The position numbers were made by a program, and so were the translations under genes. This document shows, piece by piece, positions 13,959-26,943 of a stretch of DNA of 64,000 nt. Position 1 is the stretch's first letter, and every line of letters begins with the position of its first letter. The notes under the pieces were generated by a model. It made no database searches, was not told the origin of the DNA, and worked only from the letters and a program-made list of their open reading frames with translations. Origin of the DNA: Owenia fusiformis (taxonomy: Eukaryota); contig CAIIXF020000001.1 of the NCBI GenBank assembly GCA_903813345.2, positions 47,988,001-48,052,000 on the forward strand, in the 5' to 3' direction.

Positions 13959-15358
13959 AATTCATTTTGGACTATCGAGCAAATTTTTTGTCAAAAATTA
14001 CTTTGAACGTGGAGAATATAGTATATGTACATGTATTTGCATTTGTATACATTCTTTTTGGTGGGTTCAATTTAGGCATGATTACTGGGCTCAAACGTCT
14101 AGCTAGTTCACAAGACATAGTATGAGGCTTTGGCTCAAGGGTATCCTTAAGCTAAAGTCAAGACCATTTGGACGTTGTCATATATCTCTTACATTCCAAG
14201 ACACATGGGGACATGTTAGAAGCGGGGCCTTGAGAGGTATAATAAAATTGAAATATAACAATTTCTATGAAACTTTAGTAAGCGAAACTTAGTATACTTT
14301 ATTTCATAGTACAATCGCTATTTCAATAACTATATTTCATCTTTATCTCTGAAGACCCCGCTTCTAACTTGAGCTCATTGCTCGCGATGTCAGCGGGAAC
14401 TTGCTCACGATAATCCGGGCCCTGGATAGTTACCGTAAAGTCAGTCCATACGAACATGCATGCATATCTTTTATCGGTAAATATTAAGAAACTATATTGT
14501 TGGTGGTTTTTCAGTATGTAGGATATTTTTTCATGTTTGAGAATTATGTTGTTTTGATTTTGTCTAGTTTTATTAGGAGTGCGCTCTTTTTCACAGTCAA
14601 GTGTGGTGAAACTTTTCAAACTGTTTACGAAAACGAGTTGGTTTCGGTCACAAATTAACGTAGCCTTTGAGGCATGGTCTTTTTCCATGATTTCACGAGA
14701 TTTAAGCAAAATCTCCGCGACCTTTTTGGCAAAAATCACCGATATACTTCCTCACACTTGTTACGTAAGCGGAACATTTAAAAACGGTTTTAACTGTTCC
14801 ATTAACGTAAAACAAGTCAGGAATTATTTTGATCATTCTGGCGTCTCACAAACTATATCGTTCGCAAACGCTTAGATTTTTTGAAACATATGATGCTGAC
14901 ACACGTATGTGCCTACATCTCGTGCATTATGGAAAAAGAAAAATTGTACCTTCGATGCTACGACATTTGTTACCGAAACAGATCCTTTTTCGTAACGAGT
15001 TTGAGTTTCGACAATTACGATCTCAGCGTGCAAATTATCGCTCAAACATTTTGAGCACAATCAACAAATAAACAATTGATAGCTAGCAATTGCAGATATC
15101 GATACTCGTGATAAACAAAAGATTTTGCTCAATAAATAGTCTCAATAATCGTAATTATCAACCTAATTCGCACTTTGAATTTCATTATCAAATTCAATTG
15201 AACTATTAAAGACCCGAATAATGCTCTGTTGTCAAACAAGTATAGCCTTGAAGTTCAGGACAGCTTATTCATCAGAACAAAGACCACTAACGTGGAAATA
15301 AAAATATTTTAAAGATTTACAAATTATGTAGATCCACTGTCTGCAAATACGCTTCAAC

Positions 15359-18300
15359 ATGTCTTCGTTCATCACCTTGTGCGCTGCTTTTGTTGCTCTT
15401 CATATCGCGCAGGTGAGTTACATCTAGAAACATAGTAAAACTAATACAGTAACTAAAGAACTTATTTGCAAGAATGGATTATAAATCATGAAAATTTCAC
15501 GCTTACAATAATTTTCAATATCAGTTTATATATGCCGTTTTGTTAATTGTCACTTCAGAACTCATTTACAAATACATTTATCATACTTTTATTTGTTCAA
15601 AACAATCGAGAATCTATCTCGCATATTTCAAAAACGGCACGAAATGTGTGACACCAGAACAATCTAGGAATAGTAAACATATCTAATCGTATACAATGTC
15701 TTGTAAACTTTTTCACCAGGTTGTGCTAGCAGATTATGATTTAAAAGTCCAACTCTTGAGAATCAACAACGCCAAATGGAAATATTGTCGTAGAAAGTGT
15801 GGTCGCTCACAAATCGGTGCTTGCATCGACAAAGCTACGTCGTAAGTTGACATGAGGCTGTCGTAAAACATTTTTCAATAAATTGTTTGTTTTTTCGCCG
15901 TGTAGCCTTCTACTTTACTTAATGTTCTCTGTTAATCAAGGTAAACTTCCATATTTTCTCCCTAATTGAATTAAAAATATCATATTGTTTCAACAGAAAT
16001 GATAAATTCATCACGAATTGCGCCTATAAAGAGCGTCAGTTCACAGACGTAAGACCAAACAGAAATATTGACTTGACTAAATCTACAGTGCTTGCTTCTA
16101 CATTCAAAACGTGGCCGGTAAAGTATATATTACTTCATTTTATTCAAGACACATTCCTAAGATAATCACGTTAAACGTTTTTAAAAATAATGTGAAATGT
16201 TTTGCAAATAAAAAACACAGGGTCCTTTTAATGGAGGGAGTCCCCTCTTCTGTATCTGGTGTTGCTCACAAAAATGGTGGTTAAAAAACAGAATGCGATT
16301 ATATAAAACGATAGAATGATGCAGGCTTTCCTTATTGTAGGGAAAAGTAAAACTGAAAGCTCGCACGAGACAGAACGCAAAACTCGTGACATACTTTGCC
16401 AGTCTTATCCAAATACGTCTCCCTGGTGGCCTGTATAGTAAAAAGACAGTCACTGTACGAGGGAAAGGTGTAAACCTATCAGTTCGGTAAGTTTCGCATG
16501 GACGCTTTCTGTATTAAAAATATTATACCATGATTAGTAAAAAAAATTCACACACGACTATTTAGCGGCAATTGGTAAATGACTTAAACTGATTCTTTAC
16601 ATAACGTCCACATGCGATGTAATGTCATCAAATTCTACTTCATCTTTTCAGCTTGACCTTTAGCTACATCTTAACGTGCAGTCCTAACTATTACGGCAGG
16701 AAATGTGAATTGTATTGCAAGGCGCCACCAAATGGAATCTGTAAAGTATCGGGTATTTTGATTTTTGCTTATGCTCCACTACATCATATAGATAGTGAAC
16801 GTTGTCCTTGGAGATCATTCTTTTTTGGTCGAAAAGGTTCGTGTGCTTTGGTACCATTATAATTCTTAGAATAATAATGGTATAACACCATTTATATTTA
16901 TCACTCATATATAGGAACCATATGGGGATATTTGTCATCACTCATCACCATTATGACGATCCAAAACATCGAGATACATTTCATTCAAACTGGAATCAAT
17001 ACAAAACGTTCAAGAACAATTGAAAACTGCTCCGCTATTAAGCTACTAAGAAAGTTTATAACAGGTAGACACCGACCATATGATTCTTTTAGTAAAATGT
17101 GGGAACAACAGGAGTTACTAAGATGAAGTAGATTTTTATCGTTTTTTTTTAATTTAAGGTGTCTGGGTGATTATCAGAAATTTAGACCAAACAGGAAATG
17201 CTTGAACCTTGAATCAGTTTTACTACTCCCATATATTATTTACATGACCAGGATCACAATGGTCATGATCGAAATGCTAGTCTAGTTTTTTCAGCCCTCT
17301 GAAAAGTGCCTGAAAAAAACTTAAAAGTTAGCATTTCCGAAAGGTCACTGAACAGAATATTTTGAATTTTTCAGGAAATGTGCCCCATATATTGCTTTAA
17401 ATGATAGGAGCTTTGAAAATTAGAAAAATTGTCTGAAACAAAAATTGTGTCATAAAAAGGAAAAAAGATTTTTTCTCTATTTCTAGAAACACGTGGTACT
17501 AACTTCGACCGTTAATTTGAATCCAAACCGGATGTTTGAAAATCACGGATTACGAGTCTCATACTGCACCGTTTTTCTTCAAACTTGCTCCATTCAAAGC
17601 ATAACAAAAATCCCTTTCTGTTGGTACATTATTCTCTTAAGAAGAGTCCCTACTTCCAGCGGCATTTTGTTCCCCAGCTGAAAGAAGGCCTTCTAACAGC
17701 TGGGGACCAAAACGCTGCTAGAACAAGGGACTCTTTACAATAAAGTAATGCACCGACAGAAAGGCAATTTTGTTTTGCTTTTAATGGTATAAGTTTGAAG
17801 AAAAACGGTGCAGTATGAGACTCGCAATCCTTGATTTACAAGCATCTGGTAGGTCAAAAATTCAAATTAACGGTCGAAGTTTGGACCGCGTGAGAAATGA
17901 ATTCAAATTTTCAAAGCTCTTATCATTGTGATCCTGGCCATGTAAATGATATATGGGAGTAGTGCAACTGACAGAAGATCAAAGCAGTACTCTGCCATCA
18001 TACTTCAAAGAATTCTAAAATCCACATGTTTTTTTAATTTCCTGTTTATGGTGTAAATTTCTACCCCGACACCTAAAGGAGCTAAAAATCCAACCTCATT
18101 GTATGATTAATTTTGAAGATTGGAAATATCCCCTCTTAACACAAGATATAATTCTAACTTTTCAAACTTATTAAGTCTATGAAGCCGAAGCAAGTGTGAG
18201 CGAAGATTTTTTAATTTAGCCCCTTTTACAAAAGATTTTGCGTTCATTTTGTGCCTCACTTCATTATTTCTTCAAATGTAACAATGCTACTTATTTTGGT

Positions 18301-21300
18301 AACGCCAACATTTAGACTAATTGCTCTTGATAATGCTTATTTCATATACATAAAATTAGGAAACCGTGTGAATGTTATCTGCAAGCGTGACTACTATGGT
18401 ACAGGGTGTGGCACTAAATGTGTACCCTCAACCAAATTCACATGTGATCAGAAAACAGGAGCCAAAAAATGCAAGCCATACTTCTTTGGCAAAGACTGTG
18501 ACACGGAATGCAAGCCTGGTGCAAACTACAAATGTGACAGTTCTACTGGTATGTATGAATTTTAGGATTACCTTTTGGCCATATGTAAGTAAATGTTAAT
18601 TAATAAATATGAAGTATGACATTCGTCCGCTAGTACCATCACTTTTTGCATGAACATCATTATTTCTCTATTGTCATTGTTCCTCTTTAGGTAAAAAGAA
18701 ATGCAACAGAAGTTGGTATGGCCCAAGATGTGACGTAGAATGCAGATCAACATCACTTAGCAAATTCAAATGTAATCCATTGACAGGCACTAAGGAATGC
18801 AACAAAGATTACTATGGCAAAAACTGTCAGACGTATTGTAAAGGTAGCTTTGGGTAAGATCGCTCTTACAGTCAATCTAGTACACTACATTAGATCGTAA
18901 ATTTTCCAAGTCAGCTATCTCTCAAATGTTTATTTCAATTTTAGACACTCCTGCCACCCGATACACGGTGGCAAGGTCTGCAAGCCAAACTATTATGGAG
19001 ATGATTGTAAAGTGATTTGCACGGGAAACAGTAGATATACATGCGACCCAAAGACAGGAGCTAAAATATGCAATGAAGGATTATTTGGGAAATATTGTAT
19101 AACACAATGTCGACCTACTGGAAACAAAATATGTAACCCATCAGGTAAACTTATATGTAAACCTGATTATTATGGTATGCAGTGCAAGACCTTTTGCGAC
19201 GATAGCGACTCAAACTATAAATGTGATGCACGAGGCAAAAAGATATGCAACCTAGGCTATTTTGGAACTGATTGTCAGACATTCTGTAAAGCTACAAAGA
19301 CATATACCTGTGATGACAAGACAGGGGAGAGAAAATGTAGGAAGGGATACTATGGAAAGGAATGCAAAGTAGAATGCATAGATGGTCCTAGATATCAGTG
19401 CGACAAAGAAGGGAACAAAATATGCAGAACAAACTACCATGGCATGAATTGTAATGTACTTTGTATAACTACAATCGGAAATACTTGCGACGAGCTAGGT
19501 AATAAGATATGCAGGCAATACTACTACGGGAATGAATGTTCCAAAAGGTGTGTACCGAGCCAGTCGTCGTATTGCGGCAACACTGGTAAGAAGTTTTGCT
19601 ATGAAAATTACTTTGGACCGGAGTGTCAAACATATTGTAAGGAGACGCCACATTATATTTGTTCTCCATCTGGTCAGAAGATTTGCAGAGAAAATCAATT
19701 TGGAAGAAACTGTAACAAGAGATGCATCCCACAATTGGAATTCCAATGCAATACAACAAATGGTGAGCGGGTTTGTAATCGACATTATTTTGGTGTTAGT
19801 TGTTTAACATACTGTAAAGAAAGCGTATCTGCTAAATGTGACAACAAAACAGGAGAAAAAATATGCAAAGAAAATTTCTATGGTGACTTGTGTAACGTTT
19901 CGTGTATACCAGAAGAGACATTTGGATGTGACAATATCACAGGAGAAAGAATATGTAAAGATAACTTTTATGGTGATCTGTGTAACGTTTCATGTATACC
20001 AGAAGAGACATTTGGATGTGACAATATCACAGGAGAAAGAATATGCAAAGATAACTTTTATGGTGATCTATGTAAAGTTTCATGCGAACCAGAGGAGACA
20101 TTTGGATGTGACAATATCACAGGAGAAAGAATCTGCAAAGATAATTTCTATGGTGGTCAGTGTGATGTATTTTGCAAACCTGAAGAGACATTTGGATGTG
20201 ATGATAAAACGGGAAATAAAATGTGCCATATTAACTATTATGGGGACAATTGTGCAGTATTCTGTATTCAAGGAGACGGATATTATTGTGATACACAAAC
20301 AGGACGTAAGATATGTCGTTGGGGTTTCTATGGAATTGAGTGCGATGTATTCTGTGAAGAAGGGTCGACATTTGTTTGTGATCAACAAACTGGAGCAAGA
20401 ATATGTTTTCCTGATTACTATGGACAAGAATGTAGCACACATTGTTCACCAATCAACTCTACTGACATTAGCTTCACATGTAATCCCAGAACTGGAGGAA
20501 AGATATGCGAGCCCGGTTTTGACGGACCGAATTGTACAATCGTTCTATCGTCTAGCTCGCCAACTTTACCAAGTGTCCCGCCAAGTGCATCTCAGTCAAT
20601 TATCTCAACAACGTCGACATCTAAAGTTTCTACAAATTCTCCAACATCATATACCTCACTCAAAACAACATCTCGATGGAAACCACGATCATCCATGATT
20701 TCACAATTAGTGACATTGCCACCGGATGTATCCTCTGCAGAACCATCTGTAGCAGTTGTAACTGTACCAGATATGACCAGTCCTCCATTACAGACCAGCA
20801 CTGTATATTCTAAGCCTCCAGAATGGGCCACAGGTAATAAAAAATGTAACTAAAGGGGCCAAAATTGGGAAGAGCGTTACAAAACGCAGCACTTAAGAAT
20901 ATGACACATATAAGAGCACGACAATCTACAACACAATAACAATTGCTCCAAAAAATGTTTACTCCATTTTGATAAATGCAATGGTATGCTTCAACTTAAA
21001 CCGATAAAAACAAGTTCTTTAAATTGGGAAACTGTATAATTAAATATTTGGCAAGTGACAGAATTTTAAGTCATAACTGGCCTTTTAGGTACGATTATAT
21101 TGGAAGGTCGTGCAAGTAAGAAACAGGTCGACAAAGTGAAATACACCATTATGAGAGTTATTTCTGATGAGCTATCTTCTGATGATACCAGCGAAGTTTA
21201 TGTGGGTATACTACCTATTGAAACTGGTGTAATGAACAGGTATTTGGTACAACCATTTAGAGACGCCCATGATTGAGTAATACCAGTCGGACGTAGTATT

Positions 21301-22769
21301 GATTAAATTATATGTTTTGACAAAGGTTATGATTACGGATTATTCAAAACTGAATCCGTTCATCACTTAGTATTTATCCGAACAGAGTTTAACAAAGAAC
21401 AGAATTGCGAAAGTAGATTGGCTGATTGGACACCAACAAGAACACGCCAAATCACATTGTCTTTTCAAATTGTATACCAACGAAACGTTTTTATAGTCTC
21501 ATAAATCCAACACCCCTTTGGGTCACTCTTGTTTATATTTTGAATGGGACCAACACTCTATTTTTTTGATAATGCCCTATACATGTATGATCATATCAAT
21601 GCCGAACTTCATTTAGCAATCCAGTCACCACTCGACTGTATTACCCATAATGCACTCTGCATCATCTTATGCCTTATATATTCTTCAAGCGGTACATTCT
21701 CAAAGACGTCAGTCTACGCCACATTGGCTACATACACCAAGGTGTCTTACTATGTAAAGCTGAACGGAGAGTATTTGGCTGCAGCACATATAGAGGAGAT
21801 TCTATCAGATATGCCTCGAGAAAGACTAAAAGAGTTTCCCCTCCCCGTATTCCGAATAGGGACTAAAACAATGAAGACAGGCAAAAATAAACCCGTGAGT
21901 CCCTATATCAGTTTTACGTTTACAATTGTCCAACTTGGCACTACGTCAGAAAAACTAAAGCCAAATCCACTATTTCAATTCATATTTTTTAATTAGTTGT
22001 TCCATATAATTTTATACGATATTTTCAGTAGCTTTGTTCTTCATGTCATTTTCAGCAAAGCAGTAACCATCTCGCTGCCATTGTAGGCATACTGGTAGGA
22101 TGCATGGCTTTACTGGTGTGTGTTATTGTAATAGTTGCAGTCATTTTAAAGAAAAGAAGGTAGGCAGTAGTTTGTTTGTATACTCTCCCCCATAAGTCTG
22201 ATATCCGCTACTCACAAAGAGATATCTTGTTTAAGCCAACATGTTTTGAGTACACATACTCACTCTACTATACCTTGCATTGGGTGTTCATGAGCAACCC
22301 TTTTGGCTTATTAGTAATGATTATGTTATTTGTTTTAATTTGACTGTTCATTATTAATGGTTTATCGGATGACGTGAGATATCAATAAGGTACTTTCAGA
22401 AATATACTAAACAATACAATTGGACAAACAGAGTATCTTATGCATTTCTAGGGGTTAGGTATAGTAGAGTGTTACTGTTTCAGGCACAACAAGGAACCAC
22501 CGATAGATTATGATATGCAGCAATTTCCTAACCCGATGTACGACGCAATCAACATCAAAGACCATGGTACGGGAACAACCGTAAAACATGGTCAGTCCAA
22601 TTGTAGCTCGCTATATGCAGTTGTTAGGCCTAAACCTCCGGAAGCTGACGTCGTTGATACACCGGCGCCAGATTACGACTACGATGAGGTGGAAAACATT
22701 CCCATCTTTTACGCAAAGTACTCGGGAGATATGAAACTTGGATCAGTAAGAAGCGTATATGATGCATAG
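15359..22769 (+). CDS. Type I membrane protein: signal peptide, MNNL/C2-like domain, ~22 tandem DSL-like repeats, Ser/Thr-rich stalk, TM, Tyr-motif tail (~1176 aa, 12 exons)
   Basis: Exons 15359-15412, 15720-15841, 15997-16117, 16341-16486, 16652-16752, 18360-18548, 18691-18853, 18945-20833, 21089-21239, 21690-21894, 22056-22159 and 22484-22769 have compatible phases (3531 nt total). Motifs: FKTWPG and LTFSYILTCSPNYYG (Delta/Jagged-like); repeat C-x3-YYG-x2-C-x3-C-x7-C-x3/4-G-x-K; TM AIVGILVGCMALLVCVIVIVAVIL followed by KKRR. Confidence 0.85.
17158..18073. mobile_element. Long palindromic non-autonomous element (Kolobok-like) in intron 5 of the DSL-repeat gene
   Basis: Termini TTAA|GGTGTC...GACACC|TAAA. 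The arms pair around a centre near 17690 (CCCCAGCTG...CAGCTGGGG). Confidence 0.75.
19837..20230 (+). repeat. Coding 90-bp tandem repeat (4 near-identical DSL-like units)
   Basis: TTTGGATGTGA starts at 19921, 20011, 20101 and 20191. The unit encodes CKDNFYGDLCNVSCIPEETFGCDNITGERI. Confidence 0.95.
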
Positions 22770-23264
22770 GGCATCTCTGAATTTATTATACTGGGGTATT
22801 GTATTTACACTACATTCTCTATTTCATATTGGACAAACTGAAGTTGTTAATGTTGTTGCCTTTCATGGCTTTGATGAATTTATGACTTCATAGATGTCAG
22901 GCTGATTCAACATCAGACATGTATATTTCAATGATTTTTTTTTCTCTTTGTCTTTTGAATGTTGGCCCGGTGTAACAGATTTAAGTGTCCCCCGGTGGTC
23001 AGTGTCCGTGGGACAGCCAACCCTAGGGATCGGGGTCCGTAGGACCCCGATCCCTAGGGTTGGCTGTCCATTGGAGGACATTGAAAACCAGGTTTTATTT
23101 CCTATATCAACAAGGGTAAAATGGGGAGACAGTTATAACTGGGGAGACTCTCAGATCTGTCACACCAGTAACAGATTGTAATGTCCCCCGTTGATAGGAT
23201 TTAATACTTGTAGTTACTAGGATCCAAGTTATAGTGTAGTCGAAATCGGATATCGGCATCTCTC

Positions 23265-23355
23265 CCACTGTGGCGTAATGGTATAGGCGTTGGCATAATG
23301 CGTATTTATTAATTGTGTTTGTATTTATTAGGTTCCAGGTTCGAATCCTGCATTG
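23265..23355 (+). pseudogene. tRNA-derived (SINE-head-like) sequence
   Basis: Pol III A-box TGGCGTAATGG (23271-23281) and B-box GGTTCGAATCC (23338-23348), separated by an AT-rich insert. No clean cloverleaf. Confidence 0.5.
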
Positions 23356-23967
23356 ATATATCATGTGTAAAATTATTAACCGTCTGCACCGTTTATATTG
23401 TATTGTATGTTATATAGTCTCAATATATATTCTATATTGTAGCCTATTTTTATTGGTGCCCATTTTTACATTTTCAAAGGATACCACCAGTTTTTATAGA
23501 TATTCTTTATTTATTTTTTTATTTATTCCTCCTAACCACTTTTCTCCTACTTCTAGCTAGGTCTGAGATAACTCTTATATGCTTCTACTAAGGACCTGAG
23601 CTGCACTTGGCAGGGAAGGACTTTTTATCTAGGTCAAGGTCAAAGGACAAATCTAGGTCAAATCAGAGTTTTTTAAGTTTCTTAGATTTCGTCATCATAT
23701 TTCATGATTATTTCTTGCAATGAATTAAAATGTAACTAGATAAGCATTCCCTACAAATTGCTTACTATATGTTTGCGTTAAATCTTTACCGTTTTTGAGA
23801 TAATTGACGAAAAAAAATTGGTCATATTGCTTCAAATTGACCAATTCATTTTTAAAAATCATCTACAAATCCCCGGGAACTCAAATCTGACCTTTATTTT
23901 GACCTTCTGGGTTCAAATTTAGGTTTATTTAATCACAAAAAGACCCACTGATGTCTAAGAAAGTTAA

Positions 23968-24680
23968 AGGATAAGTATCGATATGGTGAAGTGAATTCAA
24001 CAATGTTTTTCTCTTAAACCATTTATTGGAAACATTCTGTAAAAAACACGGTCCTTTATGTAATGTTGACTGATTGGCAACAATTTAATGCAAAAATAAT
24101 GCATATATATTTTATATAACTGTTTTTGTTAACATTTTTTTATGTAATTGTTTTTTGTTCCTTTTTACGAATTCTTGAGAATGAAATAAAATGTCTTTCC
24201 GAACCTTGTTGGAACAAAATAGCATAAACAACATTTTCTTAGACCTCTCAATATTATAGTTATACAAAGAAAATTTGGGTTGATTTAACAAAAAGTATCC
24301 AAAAACTTAAAACAAAACCCCTAAAATAGATAAAAATTAAGATAAACCTTTCATTTCATTAACAAAATACTTATTTAAAATCAACCAAACTTTCCTTTGT
24401 ACAATTGCAATATTGAGAGACCTAAACACGTTGTGCTTATATGTCGTTTTGTTCCAATGAGGTTCGGATAGATATTTCATTTCATTCCGAATATATGATA
24501 CCAAGAAAAAAAGTGTCTGATGTGTTTTTCTAAAACAATATAGAGAAAAGTCTATATATATAATTCAAATTATAATGTTACCATCCAAAAGATGACCATT
24601 AAATGGACGATGTGTAAAATTTTCAGAATGTTTTGATGAAAACGCGTGTTCAAAAAGTTCATCATATCGATACCACTCCT
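23968..24680. mobile_element. Palindromic Kolobok-like MITE nested in the 22967-25267 element
   Basis: TTAA|AGGATAAGTATCGATATGGTGAA ... TTCATCATATCGATACCACTCCT. Inner arms 24180-24295 and 24375-24487 pair. Confidence 0.6.
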
Positions 24681-26943
24681 TTGCAAGGTCAAATGTCAAG
24701 GTCATCAAACTAAATCACAAACTGTGTTTTCTTAGTTTATCAAAGTTGATGATTATAAATCAATATTTTTTGATGAAAGTCAGAATATATATATTCCACT
24801 AAAGGTTGTACACATATAAGCAGTTGACTATCCATTAAAATTGTGCGACAGTTTTGAGATATTAGACCTCAAAAACGGAAAAAAGGTCAAATTTCGAAAC
24901 TTTTCAAGACTAAATTTCAACTTGCTTCAAATTGACCAAACATTTTTATTTAGGAGTGCATATACGCGATAAATATACTTACATTTTGTGAATTGTGTTA
25001 TATTTGGTCTATATTTAACGTGACAGAGTAGTGCTCGGTGATTTATTAATGATAAAATGCATTATTAGTTAATACATAAATAAAGGGGGGGGGGGCACTA
25101 AAAACTAGCTTTCGAATGATGCTGGTTTTTAGTGTCCCCAAGGGGACATTCAAAACTTCAAGGGGGACACTTAAAACTTGGAGTTAACTGTCCGACGGAC
25201 AAGCATCCCCAGGGTTAACTGTCCCACGGACACTGGCCACTGGGGACACTTAGATCTATTACACCGGTTATCCATTGGAAACAGTAATGAGGACAACATT
25301 CTGCAATAAGTGATTTTAAACTTTAAAGAGTTAAAACTTAAACTGTGATAACAATGTTAAACTTATAAATCAATAATAACCTTATTGCTGATGATGAGTT
25401 CGACAGTTACAAGACAAATATTCAAATAATCCACTAGCAATATAGCCCTTCGGACTTCGTGAAATATCATTTGTGAAAGATGAACAAGTATTCATCCAGA
25501 GATAAATAGTTGTATAATATCCACAAATCCTTTATAGTATATTTTATACTTGCTCTGTGGCGTGTTGTCAGAGTTAATGTATTAATAAAGCAAATCGAAC
25601 ACATAACCACTCGTTATTGATGCTTTTATCTTCTAGCTGACTACTTTCATCCCATTAATTGCATTTCATTGTAAACCAAAAGTGATTCAGAATCCAGAAA
25701 CGCATTGACTGCTCGAATAGATGATAATGATGCAGATGCTCATCACATGTTCTGTTTTCGAAATAAAAGAAAGGAACTTAAAGAAACTTTCAAGATGACT
25801 ACATATTATAGAGGACGTGTCATTTCTGTGAATAGGAATATCATTCGACGGATGCATGTTGATGTGAACCCGTAATCATTCAGTAAACTAAAAATATTCA
25901 AGGTTCCATCAAAGTGGGTATACAGAATATCACTCCCACATAGAGAAAGAATGTTACCGTCGATTTAAATTGTTACGTAAACGGAACGGGTAAGTAGTGC
26001 AGATCTTTCATTTTCTTAACCGTGAAGTTCCGTTTACGTAACAAAAGTGAGGTATTAAGTCGACGATGTTGTTGTTTTCTGAACTTTTTGTTCGCAAACA
26101 TGTACACTTACTTAAACATATGATACTGAAACACGTTTGTGTTAAAATGTCGTGGGAATTCTGCCTACCACTTGTAAATTAAGGAAAAAAGGGGTTTCGA
26201 CATTTTGTTACCGACCGTTTGGTAGTATCGTAATCGAGTGGAGTATCAGTGAATATGAAATTTAAGAGAATTTAATTACTACCCTGGGTGTCAGGTCAGA
26301 GCTTAGTACACATGTACACTTGTATAAGAGAGAAGCATAACCAGACTATTGGAAAGGGTAGTTATATATACACGATATCAGTCAAAAGACTTGTTGACCC
26401 GATTCGATCAATGTGTGAATGTATGCCGTATACTCGGTTAGCTCTAATTCATGTTTACATCTCAATATTTTGTATTTGTCCAAAAGTGAAAAGAACATAG
26501 GCTATCGTTTATTATAGGTTTATTACCATATAAATTAAGATATCTGAGCTATAGCTCCCACAAAGAAATATATACCTGTAGTTAGTTTTCTTATCAGAAG
26601 TGGTTTCTATACAAGGCCAACGATTGTCATTCAATGCAAAACGCGTTTATTGCTTACGATACAATGACTTTTTTGTATACTGTGTCATATTGTACAAGTA
26701 AACATGTTTTTATAACTTTGTACAGGAAATTTGAAATGTAAAAATAAACATGGTTAAACATGAATTCTAACGTTAATTTGACTGAAGGAATATACTGGTA
26801 TATAGCGTTCACTCTATTGAGGAATCAATAAAAAACACAGTTGTGCCGAAGTTAATATCTCAAAGGTAAAATTCACAACAATAAATATATATTATGATTG
26901 GGGCAAAGTGCAGGCAAACACATACCTATGAAGCAAAGTGAAA

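Larger units (their letters stand above)
22967..25267. mobile_element. Composite non-autonomous TIR DNA transposon with nested inserts
   Basis: TIRs of about 75 bp: CCGGTGTAACAGATTTAAGTGTCCCC...GTCCGTGGGACAG and its reverse complement ending at 25267. A third TIR-like copy ends at 23168. No clear TSD. Confidence 0.75.

Noticed and set aside
14323..14739. 138-aa minus-strand ORF
   Set aside because: No recognisable motif or splice context, and it borders dispersed repeat sequence.
19838..20698. 286-aa alternative-frame ORF and antisense ORFs over the Cys-repeat exon
   Set aside because: These are shadow frames produced by the 90-bp repeat and have no recognisable motifs.
19012..20853. 613-aa ORF as a standalone gene
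   Set aside because: It starts at GTG inside exon 8 (acceptor at 18944, donor after 20833) of the larger spliced gene.
23265..23355. Functional tRNA gene
   Set aside because: Acceptor and anticodon stems do not pair convincingly, so it is kept only as tRNA-derived.
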